Assembly (NCBI GenBank): GCA_049517415.1
Contig: JBEKSC010000001.1
Span: 64,001-128,000 of the forward strand
Length of the DNA stretch: 64,000 nucleotides
Reading direction: 5' to 3'
Source of the DNA: Candidatus Bathyarchaeia archaeon
GTDB taxonomy: Archaea > Thermoproteota > Bathyarchaeia > 40CM-2-53-6
Within the stretch, counting starts at the first letter, position 1. The number at the start of each line of letters is the position of its first letter. A model generated the notes under the pieces. It was not told the DNA's origin and ran no database searches. It was given only the letters and a program-made list of their open reading frames with translations. Of this stretch, positions 1 through 10,398 are shown piece after piece. The position numbers were made by a program, and so were the translations under genes.

Positions 1-3
1 TAG

Positions 4-1680
4 GTGTCAGTGCAATCTCAGCAATGGCGAACGGTAATCACTTACAGCGAAGAGATGCGACGTTCGATAGACAAAGTTGCCGCCACCCGTAAAGAACGAA
101 TGAAACAAACATTTCCAAAACTCAAGCCTGAGGAGAAGAAAGCGCTACTCGAAAAGTTCCACCCCGACTACAAGCCTGGCACGACACGGAAACTTCTCGT
201 CGGAGCGAACAAAGGCGAACCGATCGTCAACGAACTGGGTGAGGTTGTTGAAGCTTACAGCCGCGTGAATCCCGCGAAGATGGACATCTCGAAGGTAGGC
301 ATTCAAACTGACGTACTAGTCATAGGCGGTGGTGGCGCAGGAGCCGCTTCAGCCTTAGCCGTCCACCAGGAGGGCGCCCAGGTGCTATTGTGCACCAAGC
401 TAAGGTTCGGCGATTCTAATACGATGATGGCGCAGGGCGGAATTCAAGCGGCTGACAAGGCGAACGATTCACCGGGCACGCACTACCTTGACGTAATGGG
501 AGGCGGAGGCTACACCAACATACCCAGCCTCGTTCGAACGCTTGTCTCAGACGCCCCCTCGATCATCGAATGGCTTGAAGGCCTAGGCACGATGTTCGAC
601 AAAGAAGCTGACGGTACTTTCGTCACAATGCACGGAGGCGGAACAAGCAGAAGGCGCATGCACGCGGCCCGAGACTACACGGGCGCAGAAATAATGCGCA
701 CCCTGCGAGATGAAGTAACCAACCTCGGCATTCAAGTCATCGAATTCTCCCCCGCAATAGAATTGTTAACCGATGAAGAGGGAAACTGCGTCGGCGCCAT
801 TCTTCTCAACATGGAGACCGATGAGTACACGGTCGTTCGTTCAAAGACGACGATCATAGCAACCGGCGGGTCAGGAAGGCTACACGTCCAAGGCTTCCCA
901 ACAACTAACCACTACGGCGCGACAGGGGATGGACTTGCACTTGCCTACAGGGCCGGTTGCAAGCTAGCATTCGTAGACACAATCCAATACCACCCCACCG
1001 GCGTAGCATTCCCAGAACTAATCTCCGGGCAGCTCATAACAGAGAAAATGCGGAGCCTAGGCTCCCAACTTGTCAACATAGATGGAGGCCGGTTCGTCAA
1101 CGAACTTGAAACAAGGGATGCTGTTTCTTCAGCCATCATAAGGGAATGTAAGGAAAAGAACAAAGGCGTTCTAACCCCGGGCGGCCTCGTAGGTGTGTGG
1201 CTCGACACGCCGCTCATTGACGAATTGAAAGGGCCCGGCCGAACACAACGCCTCGCCCCTGCTATGGTCCGCCAATTCAAAAGGTTCGGGATCGACATAC
1301 TGAAGGACCCAGTCCTCGTCTACCCAACCCAGCACTACCAGAACGGGGGCGTCCTCATTGACGTAGACGGCCGCACGAACGTCCCGAACTTGTACGTTGC
1401 CGGTGAGGCCTCTGGCGGCGTACATGGAAGAAACCGTTTGATGGGAAACTCGCTGCTTGACATATTGGTCTTCGGCCGACGCGCCGGTATAGACGCCGCC
1501 AAGAAATCAAAAACTTCAGCGGGCGGAAAACCAACTCTCAACCATGTTATTCGTTTTCACAAGGAACTAGTAAAGGCGGGCTACAAGCCGGACCGACACA
1601 GTCCCATCATTCTACCCGACTACCGTAGCAAGGAAGCGAAAATTGAGCTAGAGGCTTTCGCGGTAAAAGGCTGGGAATAA
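4..1680 (+). CDS. tfrA: Fumarate reductase/succinate dehydrogenase flavoprotein, thiol:fumarate reductase TfrA-like
   Basis: GGGGAG FAD motif, AQGG, QYHPTG, ETRD, HYQNGG, GVHGRNRLMGNSL catalytic motifs. No covalent-FAD His (DSNT instead of RSHT). Start uncertain at the window edge. Confidence 0.8.
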   Translation: MSVQSQQWRTVITYSEEMRRSIDKVAATRKERMKQTFPKLKPEEKKALLEKFHPDYKPGTTRKLLVGANKGEPIVNELGEVVEAYSRVNPAKMDISKVGIQTDVLVIGGGGAGAASALAVHQEGAQVLLCTKLRFGDSNTMMAQGGIQAADKANDSPGTHYLDVMGGGGYTNIPSLVRTLVSDAPSIIEWLEGLGTMFDKEADGTFVTMHGGGTSRRRMHAARDYTGAEIMRTLRDEVTNLGIQVIEFSPAIELLTDEEGNCVGAILLNMETDEYTVVRSKTTIIATGGSGRLHVQGFPTTNHYGATGDGLALAYRAGCKLAFVDTIQYHPTGVAFPELISGQLITEKMRSLGSQLVNIDGGRFVNELETRDAVSSAIIRECKEKNKGVLTPGGLVGVWLDTPLIDELKGPGRTQRLAPAMVRQFKRFGIDILKDPVLVYPTQHYQNGGVLIDVDGRTNVPNLYVAGEASGGVHGRNRLMGNSLLDILVFGRRAGIDAAKKSKTSAGGKPTLNHVIRFHKELVKAGYKPDRHSPIILPDYRSKEAKIELEAFAVKGWE

Positions 1681-1681
1681 A

Positions 1682-2077
1682 GTGACGAGCATCCTATCGG
1701 CCGAGTCAATCGGAGGCCCACTGCTCCGCAAGGTGGAGACGATAAGCGGCCAAAACATTTCACTCTGTTACCAGTGCGGAAAATGCTCAGCCACATGCCC
1801 GTTATCCTCACGTATGGATTTGCTTCCCCACCAGATCGTTCGGTACCTGCAGCTTGGCTTTCAGCAAGTTCTTGACGCCAACTCACCCTGGCTCTGCGCG
1901 ACCTGTTTCTCCTGTGAAACTCAGTGCCCCCGAGGCCTAGACGTGAGCAAGATCTGCGAAGCACTCCGCACAATCAAGCTGCGACAAGAACCCTACGAGC
2001 TCAAAATTGAACAGACCTACTCTGAGATACCCCAACAAGGCTTGGTAAGCGCCTACAGGAAACTCAGCTCTTATTGA
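1682..2077 (+). CDS. hdrC: Heterodisulfide reductase subunit C
   Basis: CYQCGKCSATCP and WLCATCFSCETQCPRG 4Fe-4S motifs; precedes hdrB. Confidence 0.92.
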   Translation: MTSILSAESIGGPLLRKVETISGQNISLCYQCGKCSATCPLSSRMDLLPHQIVRYLQLGFQQVLDANSPWLCATCFSCETQCPRGLDVSKICEALRTIKLRQEPYELKIEQTYSEIPQQGLVSAYRKLSSY

Positions 2078-2087
2078 GGTAAAAACG

Positions 2088-2975
2088 ATGCAGTCTTACC
2101 TCTACTTCCCAGGATGTTCACTCCGGACTGTGGCAAGGGATTTCGACCGTTCCGCTAAAGCCTGTGCACACGCCCTCGGCTTCGAATTGAAGGAAATGCA
2201 GGGCCAGCTTTGTTGCGGCGCGGTTTTGTCGAACGTGGATGACAACCTCATGACAAAGGCCGGACCGAACCGGATTCTTGCACGAGCGACACAGGAAGAC
2301 AACACCCTCGTGACGCTATGCGCAGGTTGCTACAATGTTCTCAAGAGAACAGACCTACATGCCAAGCTTGCCTCCTCTTCTCAACAAACGATTAACAAAT
2401 TCAACGAAGAAACTTTCAACGGCGGAGTGGACGTCATACATTTTCTGGAAATTCTAAGGGACCGTATTGGTTTCGACGCTGTTGAGAGAGCAGTTAAGGT
2501 TCCTTTCAAAGGACTACAAGTAGGAGCCTACTACGGCTGTCTGCTCCTCCGTCCATCTGGAGAGATGAAGTTTGATGACCCTAACAGGCCTTCAATTCTG
2601 GAGAACCTCCTAACCAGATTGGGTTGCACGCCGATCGACTACCCTGCCAGAACTGATTGTTGCGGTTCGTACCTGAGCGTCAGCTCGCCGGGAAATGTTC
2701 AACCCATCTCGGGGGCCATCATCGGATCCGCCCGTTCGTGCGGAGCTAGGCTGCTAACTGTCAGCTGCCCACTCTGTAAGTACAACCTAGAATCCAGCCA
2801 ACTTCAAGACAGCAGTGGTTCTACTCCCGACGACTTTCTTCCAATCGTCTACTTCACACAACTTCTGGGACTGGCCTTGGGCCTTCAGCCTGAGGAACTG
2901 GAACTTGACCAACGCCAGATGCAGGCAATACGCGAGGCACCAACACCGATGTTGATAGGAGAAGGTAAGAAGTGA
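2088..2975 (+). CDS. hdrB: Heterodisulfide reductase subunit B
   Basis: Two CCG domains (YFPGC..CCGA..CAGC; YYGC..DCCGS..CPLC). Confidence 0.93.
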   Translation: MQSYLYFPGCSLRTVARDFDRSAKACAHALGFELKEMQGQLCCGAVLSNVDDNLMTKAGPNRILARATQEDNTLVTLCAGCYNVLKRTDLHAKLASSSQQTINKFNEETFNGGVDVIHFLEILRDRIGFDAVERAVKVPFKGLQVGAYYGCLLLRPSGEMKFDDPNRPSILENLLTRLGCTPIDYPARTDCCGSYLSVSSPGNVQPISGAIIGSARSCGARLLTVSCPLCKYNLESSQLQDSSGSTPDDFLPIVYFTQLLGLALGLQPEELELDQRQMQAIREAPTPMLIGEGKK

Positions 2976-4927
2976 AACGAGTTGGTGTGTTCGTTTGCCA
3001 CTGCGGCTTGAACATCGCAGGGAATGTCAACATTAAGGAAGTTGTTGACAAAGCCGGCAAGCAGCAAGACGTAGTGTTCGCTATTGACCACAAGTACCTC
3101 TGCTCTGAACCCGGCCAGACATTGATCAAGGACAGCATAAGGCAACACAATCTGGACGCCATTGTCGTCGCCGCCTGTTCGCCAGCGATGCATGAGGCCA
3201 CCTTCAAGACCATAGCGCAGCTGTCAGGCCTGAACCGATACAACTGCGAAATCGCGAACATTCGAGAACAGAGCAGCTGGGTTACCGACGATCTTGGAAA
3301 GGCCACGGCGAAAGCCCACATCACGGTGCACCAGGGCATACAGAAGGTTAGGCTCAACGAACCACTGCAACCTATCACCGTTCCAGTAACTCGGAAAGTT
3401 CTCGTCATCGGAGGAGGGATTGCAGGCATTCGTGCAGCGCTTGACGTGGCGAATGGCGGTTACCAAGTCTACTTGGTCGAAAAGTCAGGAACGATAGGGG
3501 GAAGAATGGCACAACTCTCCGAAACTTTCCCCACACTTGACTGTTCAACATGTATCCTCGGGCCTTTGATGGTGGAGGTGTTCAGGCACCCGAACATCAA
3601 ACTCCTTAGGCTTTCTAAAGTCGAGGAAGTGAAAGGCTACATTGGCAACTTCAAGGTCAGAGTGCGACAGGAACCAGCGTACGTTGATGAAGCCAAGTGT
3701 AACGCCTGCGGTGAATGCGCGAAAGCCTGCCCCGCTCAAGTTCCTAACGAATTCGACTTCGGTTTGACCTGGAGAAAGGCAATTTATACTCCATTCGCTC
3801 AAGCGGTACCGCCGGCCTACGTTCTCGATGCGAAAAACTGCTTAGGCCTGTTGCCCCAAGCCTGTGGCGAATGCAAGAAAGCGTGCGATAAATTCGGCAC
3901 AAGCTGCATGGACCTTGATGCGTGGCCAAGAATCCATGAGCTTGAAGTAGGAGCAATCATCGTTTCCACGGGATACGAGTTATACGATGCCGCAAAACTG
4001 ACCGAGTACGGCTACGGCATTTTCCCCGACGTTATGACCAGCATGGAATTTGAGCGCATGCTCTCAGCGTCAGGACCGACAACAGGCGAAATCAAACGCC
4101 CATCCGATGGACAGACGCCGAAAGAAATTGTCTTCATCCAATGCGCGGGACAACGCGAACCTGAGACGGCGCTTCCCTACTGTTCGAAAATATGTTGCAT
4201 GTATACGGCTCGACATGCGATGATGTTCAGGCATAAAGTGCCCGATGGCCAGGCGTATGTCTTCTACATGGACATCCGAGCTGGCGGGAAGGGATATGAG
4301 GAATTCGTAAAACGTTGCCAAGAGGAGAAAGGCCTCCTTTACCTCCGCGGGCGAGTTGCCAAAGTCTATGAAGAGAATGGAAAGCTCACCGTTAAGGGCG
4401 TTGATACGCTCAGCGGAAAAACCGTCCAAATTAACGCCGATTTAGTAGTACTTGCGGTCGGGATGGTCCCGAGCTCAGAATCCCACGAGTTGGCGAGCAA
4501 GCTCAAGGCTTCGCTGGACGCGAACGGTTTCTTCTCGGAGGCACACCCCAAGCTTCGACCACTGGAAAGCCCGACGGCGGGGATCTTCCTAGCCGGGGCG
4601 GGACAATCACCCAAAGATATTCCGGAAACTGTAGCACAGGCGAGCGGCGCCGCTGGCAAGGCACTGGACCTCCTTTCAAGCCCAACGCTCGAACGCGAAC
4701 CAACAGTTGCCCGTGTTGTCGGCGAATTGTGCAGCGGATGCAGCATCTGCGTACCCCTATGTCCGTATGATGCGCTTAGCCTGAACGCTGAGAAAATTGC
4801 GGAAGTGTCGGAGGCTCTCTGCGAAGGATGTGGGACCTGCATAGCCTCCTGCCCGTCAGGTGCGCTAACGCTCCGAAATCTCACAGACGAACAGATGGTC
4901 GCAATGATTGAGGCCATAGTCGAATAA
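2972..4927 (+). CDS. hdrA: Heterodisulfide reductase subunit A
   Basis: VGVFVCHCG, AACSP, NIRE, GGGIAG, TFPTLDC, YCSKICC, EAHPKLRP and C-terminal ferredoxin motifs. Confidence 0.96.
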   Translation: MKRVGVFVCHCGLNIAGNVNIKEVVDKAGKQQDVVFAIDHKYLCSEPGQTLIKDSIRQHNLDAIVVAACSPAMHEATFKTIAQLSGLNRYNCEIANIREQSSWVTDDLGKATAKAHITVHQGIQKVRLNEPLQPITVPVTRKVLVIGGGIAGIRAALDVANGGYQVYLVEKSGTIGGRMAQLSETFPTLDCSTCILGPLMVEVFRHPNIKLLRLSKVEEVKGYIGNFKVRVRQEPAYVDEAKCNACGECAKACPAQVPNEFDFGLTWRKAIYTPFAQAVPPAYVLDAKNCLGLLPQACGECKKACDKFGTSCMDLDAWPRIHELEVGAIIVSTGYELYDAAKLTEYGYGIFPDVMTSMEFERMLSASGPTTGEIKRPSDGQTPKEIVFIQCAGQREPETALPYCSKICCMYTARHAMMFRHKVPDGQAYVFYMDIRAGGKGYEEFVKRCQEEKGLLYLRGRVAKVYEENGKLTVKGVDTLSGKTVQINADLVVLAVGMVPSSESHELASKLKASLDANGFFSEAHPKLRPLESPTAGIFLAGAGQSPKDIPETVAQASGAAGKALDLLSSPTLEREPTVARVVGELCSGCSICVPLCPYDALSLNAEKIAEVSEALCEGCGTCIASCPSGALTLRNLTDEQMVAMIEAIVE

Positions 4928-4932
4928 TAGAG

Positions 4933-5373
4933 ATGAACGAATTGGAAGAGCGATTTGAACCGAAAATTGTTGGGTTCTTATGTAGATGGTGCTCGTACGC
5001 CGGAGCCGACTTGGCTGGAACGAGCAGAATCAAGTACCCACCAAACATCAACCCAATACGAGTGAACTGTTCAGGTCGCGTCGACCCCACCCTTGTCATA
5101 AAGGCTCTCGCATCAGGAGCAGACGGAGTACTCATCGCTGGCTGCCACCCAGGCGATTGTCACTACACAAACGGGAACATCAAGACTCTTCGAAGGTTCA
5201 AGCTCCTGCAGAGGCTGCTGGACCAGTTCGGAATAGAACGAGAACGTGTCAGGTTAGAGTGGATCTCCGCTTCGGAGGGCGAAAGGTACGCACGGGTCGT
5301 TAGAGGAATGACGGAGGATATACGATCACTGGGGCCTTTGAATTGGAAGAAGAGAGTGGAGGTATTGGCATGA
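4933..5373 (+). CDS. mvhD: Hydrogenase/Hdr [2Fe-2S] delta subunit
   Basis: FLCRWCSYAGADLAG, CSGRVDP, GCHPGDCHY. Confidence 0.96.
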   Translation: MNELEERFEPKIVGFLCRWCSYAGADLAGTSRIKYPPNINPIRVNCSGRVDPTLVIKALASGADGVLIAGCHPGDCHYTNGNIKTLRRFKLLQRLLDQFGIERERVRLEWISASEGERYARVVRGMTEDIRSLGPLNWKKRVEVLA

Positions 5374-6326
5374 CGAACCCTAAGATAGCATTCAACTGGG
5401 CAAGCAGTTGCGGCGGATGCGAGATAGCCATACTTGAACTTGGAACTAAACTAGTTGATCTAGCCAACAAGGTTGACATAGTCTTCTGGCCCGCCGCCAT
5501 GGATTATAAGTACTCAGACCTTGAGGCGATGCCAGACGGCAGCATAGATGTCGCATTCATGAATGGCGCAATACAAAACTCCGAAAACGAACACATAGCT
5601 AAACTACTGAGAGCCAAATCCAAACTCCTTGTAGCCTTCGGAACTTGCGCCTACTTAGGCGGCATACCAAGCCTTGCGAACACAACCGACCGCGACGGGA
5701 TCTTCGCAAGCTCCTACAAGGAAACGCCTACGACAGATAACCCTGAAAAAACCTTCCCGCAAACCAAGTGGCAAGCAAGGGAAGGAGAACTAACCATACC
5801 CGAACTCTACAACACCGTCAAAACACTCGACCAAGTCGTGGACGTTGATTACTACGTACCCGGATGCCCACCAGTCGGGGAACAAGTTTCTAAAGTGATC
5901 AGCCTATTCGTCGATGGCCCACTACCGCCGAAGGGAGCAGTTCTAGGAGCCTCCGACAAGTCACTATGCCATGAATGCAAGCGCACCAGGACGGAAAAGA
6001 AGATCAGTAAGATTGTTAGAACTTACGAAACGATCCCTGACTCACAGAAATGCCTGCTTGAACAAGGCATAATCTGCATGGGACCAGCCACCCGGGGAGG
6101 TTGTGGGAGCATATGCCTAGACGCAAACGCGCCCTGCCGCGGCTGCTACGGGCCACTGCCCAAAGCCATTGACCAGGGCGGAAAGATGCTTTCGGCCTTA
6201 TCATCAATCTTCGATGCGCAGAGCGAAGAAGACATTCAGAAGCTCGCGGACTCTGTGCCCGACCCGCTCGGCACATTCTACAGGTTTAGCCTCGCTCGCT
6301 CTCTGCTAAGGAGGACCAAACCATGA
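5370..6326 (+). CDS. mvhG: F420-non-reducing [NiFe]-hydrogenase small subunit
   Basis: SSCGGC, GTCA, PGCPP, CLLEQGIICMGP, CRGCYGP; ATG at 5370 overlaps the mvhD stop (ATGA). Confidence 0.93.
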   Translation: MTNPKIAFNWASSCGGCEIAILELGTKLVDLANKVDIVFWPAAMDYKYSDLEAMPDGSIDVAFMNGAIQNSENEHIAKLLRAKSKLLVAFGTCAYLGGIPSLANTTDRDGIFASSYKETPTTDNPEKTFPQTKWQAREGELTIPELYNTVKTLDQVVDVDYYVPGCPPVGEQVSKVISLFVDGPLPPKGAVLGASDKSLCHECKRTRTEKKISKIVRTYETIPDSQKCLLEQGIICMGPATRGGCGSICLDANAPCRGCYGPLPKAIDQGGKMLSALSSIFDAQSEEDIQKLADSVPDPLGTFYRFSLARSLLRRTKP

Positions 6327-7783
6327 AAACCGTCACAATCAACCCTGTTACAAGGCTTGAGGGACACGGGAAGATCTCAATCTTCCTTAACGATGAGGGA
6401 AATGTCGAGAACGCCTACTTCCAAGTCCCCGAACTCAGGGGTTTCGAGAAGTTCTGCGAGGGTAGGCCTGTCGAAGAAATGCCCGACATAACCAGCAGAA
6501 TTTGCGGCGTCTGCCCAGAAGCACACCACATAGCCTCCACCAAAGCCCTAGACCAAGTGTTCCATGTAGAACCACCACCAGCCGCGAAGAAACTCAGAGA
6601 ACTCCTATACAGCGCCTTCTTCATAGCCGATCACATAACCCACTTCTACATACTCGCCGGCCCCGACTTCGTGATGGGACCAAGTGCGCCGAAAGCAGAG
6701 CGAAATATTCTCGGCGTAATACGGAAAGTCGGGTTAGAAGTCGGTAGCTCAGTCATCAAACACCGCTCGGACGCACTCGACGTCATTGCGATGATAGGTG
6801 GAAAGAGGATCCACCCAAGCTGCGGCGTCCCCGGTGGGGTCAGCAAACCCATTACGGAAGACGAGAGAGCCAGAATCGAATCGATCGCAAAATCCGAAGT
6901 TGAATTCGCAAAGTTCACAATGAAACTGTTCGACGACATAGTTCTGAAGAACAAAGATTACGTTGACCTCATTACAAGCGACAATTACGCAACAGAAACA
7001 TATTGCATGGGTACGGTCGACGAACAGAACCACGTAAACTTCTACGATGGAAAGATCAGGGTTGTGGATCCGGAAGGCCACGAGTTTGCAAAGTTTCCAG
7101 CAGCCGACTACCAGCAGTACATCTCGGAGCATGTGGAACCGTGGACCTACCTCAAATTCCCCTACCTCAAGAAGATCGGATGGAAAGGGCTGGTAGGAGG
7201 CAAGGATAGTGGCGTTTACAAAGCGACCCCACTCGCCCGCCTCAACGTATCGGAAGGGATGGCTACTCCAACAGCACAAGCAGAATACAAGAGGTTGTAC
7301 GAGACATTAGGCCAGAAGCCAGTTCACTCAACTTTGGCTACGCATTGGGCTCGCCTGGTCGAACTTGTATACGCTTCGGAGCGCCTGGTACAACTTAGCC
7401 AAGACCCCGACATCACAAACCCGAACGTTCGAAACATCCCGACCCAAACACCAGATGAAGGTGTGGGAGCGGTCGAAGCGCCCCGCGGAACACTCTTCCA
7501 CCACTACAAGACGGATGCGAAAGGCATGGTGAAGAACGTGAACCTCATAGTGGCAACGACCAACAACCATGCGGCAATCAGCATGTCGATTAAGCAAGCC
7601 GCTGAGGGATTCATCAAGAAAGGGGAAGTATCCGACGGGATTCTGAACATGGTCGAGATGGCCTTCAGGGCTTACGACCCATGCTACGCCTGCGCAACCC
7701 ACACCCTACCAGGCCAGATGCCCCTCGACATTAACATCTACAACAAAAACAGGGCAATCCTTCACAACATACGAAGGCCGTAG
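6323..7783 (+). CDS. mvhA: Group 3c [NiFe]-hydrogenase large subunit
   Basis: PVTRLEGH, L1 SRICGVC, L2 AYDPCYACATH followed by a cleavable C-terminal tail. Confidence 0.95.
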   Translation: MKTVTINPVTRLEGHGKISIFLNDEGNVENAYFQVPELRGFEKFCEGRPVEEMPDITSRICGVCPEAHHIASTKALDQVFHVEPPPAAKKLRELLYSAFFIADHITHFYILAGPDFVMGPSAPKAERNILGVIRKVGLEVGSSVIKHRSDALDVIAMIGGKRIHPSCGVPGGVSKPITEDERARIESIAKSEVEFAKFTMKLFDDIVLKNKDYVDLITSDNYATETYCMGTVDEQNHVNFYDGKIRVVDPEGHEFAKFPAADYQQYISEHVEPWTYLKFPYLKKIGWKGLVGGKDSGVYKATPLARLNVSEGMATPTAQAEYKRLYETLGQKPVHSTLATHWARLVELVYASERLVQLSQDPDITNPNVRNIPTQTPDEGVGAVEAPRGTLFHHYKTDAKGMVKNVNLIVATTNNHAAISMSIKQAAEGFIKKGEVSDGILNMVEMAFRAYDPCYACATHTLPGQMPLDINIYNKNRAILHNIRRP

Positions 7784-7791
7784 AATCGTTC

Positions 7792-8280
7792 ATGAGACCG
7801 GGGCTGAGCCATACGACCATTTTGCTTGTAGGCCTCGGTAACCCCATAATGGGTGACGATGCAGTAGGAATTCATGTAGTGAGAATACTAAAGGATAGGA
7901 ATCGCGGACGAGAAGATTTGGAGTTCAAGGAATTGAGCCTCGGCGGCCTTGGACTGGTTGAAGAGATATTGGGCTATGAACGCGTTTTCATTATAGACTC
8001 AGTTGCTTCAACCGGGACGGTTGGCAAGATCTGTGAATTCTCGCCAGAGCATTTCAAAGGCACAGAATACGCATCGTCCCCGCATTCCACGAATTTTGCC
8101 ACAGCCCTAGAACTTTTCAAGAGATTCGAAAACAGTGCGGTTCCCCATACGATTAGAATCTTCACAATCGACATCAACCCTGAATTTACTTTCCGCGAGG
8201 CCCTTAGCCCGCCTGTACAGAGAGCAGCCTTTGAATTAGCTGAGTTAGTTGGAAACGAAATAGACCAGATTCGAAATTGA
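7792..8280 (+). CDS. Hydrogenase maturation protease
   Basis: GLGNPIMGDDAVG, IIDS, SPH; directly after mvhA. Confidence 0.92.
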   Translation: MRPGLSHTTILLVGLGNPIMGDDAVGIHVVRILKDRNRGREDLEFKELSLGGLGLVEEILGYERVFIIDSVASTGTVGKICEFSPEHFKGTEYASSPHSTNFATALELFKRFENSAVPHTIRIFTIDINPEFTFREALSPPVQRAAFELAELVGNEIDQIRN

Positions 8281-8376
8281 ATAGGTCCATCTGCCACCTC
8301 AAACACAAATACTAGTTCTTAGGCATGAAGAAAACCGCCCCTTCAACCATGACGCTCGCGGGGCAGGTAATAGTGA

Positions 8377-9297
8377 ATGCGAAGACTTACGAAATATGAA
8401 CAGAATCCCATCATCGCCCCTAGAAGCAACGTGGGATGGGAGACGACTGGAACTTTCAACCCTGGGGCAATTCTCGAAGATGGCTCTATTCACCTTCTCT
8501 ACCGAGCCGTGGATGCTCATGGGGTTTCCCGGTTAGGATATGCGCGGACGCTTGACGGGAGAACAATGGAATCGCGCTCCTCGGAACCGGTACTGACTTC
8601 TTCCGGTGACTGGGAGGAGTTCGGATGCGAGGACCCACGCATAACACGTTTCGACGGGACCTTCTACGTCACCTACACTGCCTTCTCCCAAAAAGGCCCA
8701 CGCATAGCGCTTGCTTCGACGAAAGATTTCTTGCATTTCGAAAGGTACGGTTTGGTTGGGCCCGACCGCAATGACAAGGACTGCGTGATTTTTCCGGAGC
8801 GGATTGACGGAAAAGTTGCTATTCTGCACCGGCTTGAGTCAAAGGTTCAGATTGCCTACTTTGACAGCGTCGAATCACTTGCGAAGTCGCGGAGCTTCTG
8901 GACCAAGTACTTGCCGCACTTTGGAGACTATGAGATTCTGAGAGCGAAGTTTCCATGGGAGAAAAGAAAAGTCGGAGTTGGCACGCCGCCTATCAAAACT
9001 GAGCGAGGATGGTTGGTGATTTACCACGGCGTCAGCCTCGACCGTGTCTACCGTGCCGGGGCCCTGTTGCTTGATTTAGATGACCCGAAGAAAGTGATTG
9101 CCCGTACTAGGTCACCAATCCTTGAACCTGAAACGGATTTTGAGAAGAGCGGTTTTGTTTCGAACGTTGTGTTTCCAGATGGGGCTGTGGTTCTTGATGG
9201 AGAATTGCTGACCTATTATGGCGGAGCCGACAGAGTCTGTTGTGTTGCGAGTTGTCCGCTAGATGAATTCCTTGACGAACTGGAAAAGGAGAAATGA
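8377..9297 (+). CDS. GH130-family glycosidase/mannoside phosphorylase
   Basis: FNPGA, LLYRA, GCEDPRIT, NDKD, YHGV, NVVFP, YYGGAD motifs. Confidence 0.88.
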   Translation: MRRLTKYEQNPIIAPRSNVGWETTGTFNPGAILEDGSIHLLYRAVDAHGVSRLGYARTLDGRTMESRSSEPVLTSSGDWEEFGCEDPRITRFDGTFYVTYTAFSQKGPRIALASTKDFLHFERYGLVGPDRNDKDCVIFPERIDGKVAILHRLESKVQIAYFDSVESLAKSRSFWTKYLPHFGDYEILRAKFPWEKRKVGVGTPPIKTERGWLVIYHGVSLDRVYRAGALLLDLDDPKKVIARTRSPILEPETDFEKSGFVSNVVFPDGAVVLDGELLTYYGGADRVCCVASCPLDEFLDELEKEK

Positions 9298-9312
9298 ACC
9301 TCAGCCGAGAGC

Positions 9313-10398
9313 CTATCCCTTTGTGACGCATTCCAGGAAGGTTGCGGTGGCAAGCAAAAGGGAAATTGTGGACTCGGATCCCTGATTCTCATTCAAACCA
9401 ACCTCCGTTATACCGTCATGACTAGCTCCTGTCGCCTCATCGTAGACGTTGACAGATTTGGTGTTGAGACCAAAGAACCATCCCAGCGCTTCACGCAAAG
9501 CCCTCTCGTAAACTTCGGAGCCAGTGATCTTGTAGCCTATTGCTGCAGCCTCGACCATAGTTCCTGCCTCAAGGGGTTGCTGATCGTAGAGAGCTCTCTC
9601 CTTACCCCTAGCGTACCAGCCCATACTTCCGATGGGCACGAATTTTCCTTCAATTGTGGTTTGTTCTTGCAGGAATCGAAATGTTTCCTGGGCAACTTTG
9701 AGGTATTCATCTGCGCCTAATGAGTGATAGGCCGAGAGCAAAGCCTGGGGCAGTCGCGCGTTATCATAGGATATGATGTTCTCGAACCATTTCCAGTCTG
9801 GCCCATGGTTGGCGTTGTACAAGTCGACTAGGCTGTCGGCCAACGACGCAATGTTGACTCTTAGATTGGGGTCCTTAGCGTCGACTTGGAATCGCTCGCA
9901 AAGGCCTAGGCAAGCATAGGCCATCGTTCGTGGTGAAGACGACTCCCTTGCCCAGGGAAGTGCTCGATCAAATATGACTCGAGCGGGAGCCTTCAATCCA
10001 TTAGGCAGATCCGAATTAATGACTGAACCAGCTGCCCAGATGGCCCGGCCCAGATGGTCTCCGACCGTCGGATTGTCGATGATTCTTAGGGAGTAATCCA
10101 TGAGGTTGTGGAACTTGCCGTCTTCGGCTTGCATGAGAAGTAGAAAGCTGATCAGTTTGCGTTGTAGCTTTGAAAGGGGTTGAGTGGGCCAGTAAGCTTT
10201 TGCCTTAACTGCGAATACTAGGGCGCGGGCGTTGTCATCGACTGTATACCCCTCTTTTCTTGCGGGAACGGAGAACTTTGCGTGTTGCAGAACCGCATTG
10301 TGGTCCGTTATCGCGAAGAGGTGGTCAAGCTTCACTGATTGCCGCAGTTTCATCGATAGTTCTTGGAATTCCGATTGCAGATCTGAGTATGTCACCAT
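9313..10398 (-). CDS. Six-hairpin-like partner domain of GT4 glycosyltransferase (normally the C-terminal half of a GT4 fusion)
   Basis: LDHL..ITD..VLQHA, GYTVDDNARAL, YDNARLPQAL, DQQPLEA, NENQGSESTIS; start may be ATG 10353. Confidence 0.75.
   Translation of the reverse strand: MVTYSDLQSEFQELSMKLRQSVKLDHLFAITDHNAVLQHAKFSVPARKEGYTVDDNARALVFAVKAKAYWPTQPLSKLQRKLISFLLLMQAEDGKFHNLMDYSLRIIDNPTVGDHLGRAIWAAGSVINSDLPNGLKAPARVIFDRALPWARESSSPRTMAYACLGLCERFQVDAKDPNLRVNIASLADSLVDLYNANHGPDWKWFENIISYDNARLPQALLSAYHSLGADEYLKVAQETFRFLQEQTTIEGKFVPIGSMGWYARGKERALYDQQPLEAGTMVEAAAIGYKITGSEVYERALREALGWFFGLNTKSVNVYDEATGASHDGITEVGLNENQGSESTISLLLATATFLECVTKG

Noticed and set aside
2972..7783. Selenocysteine recoding in HdrA/MvhD/MvhA
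   Set aside because: All ORFs are open with Cys at the relevant motifs; no in-frame TGA
4..8280. Evidence for methanogenesis
   Set aside because: Hdr/Mvh is widespread in non-methanogens; no mcr or mtr in the window
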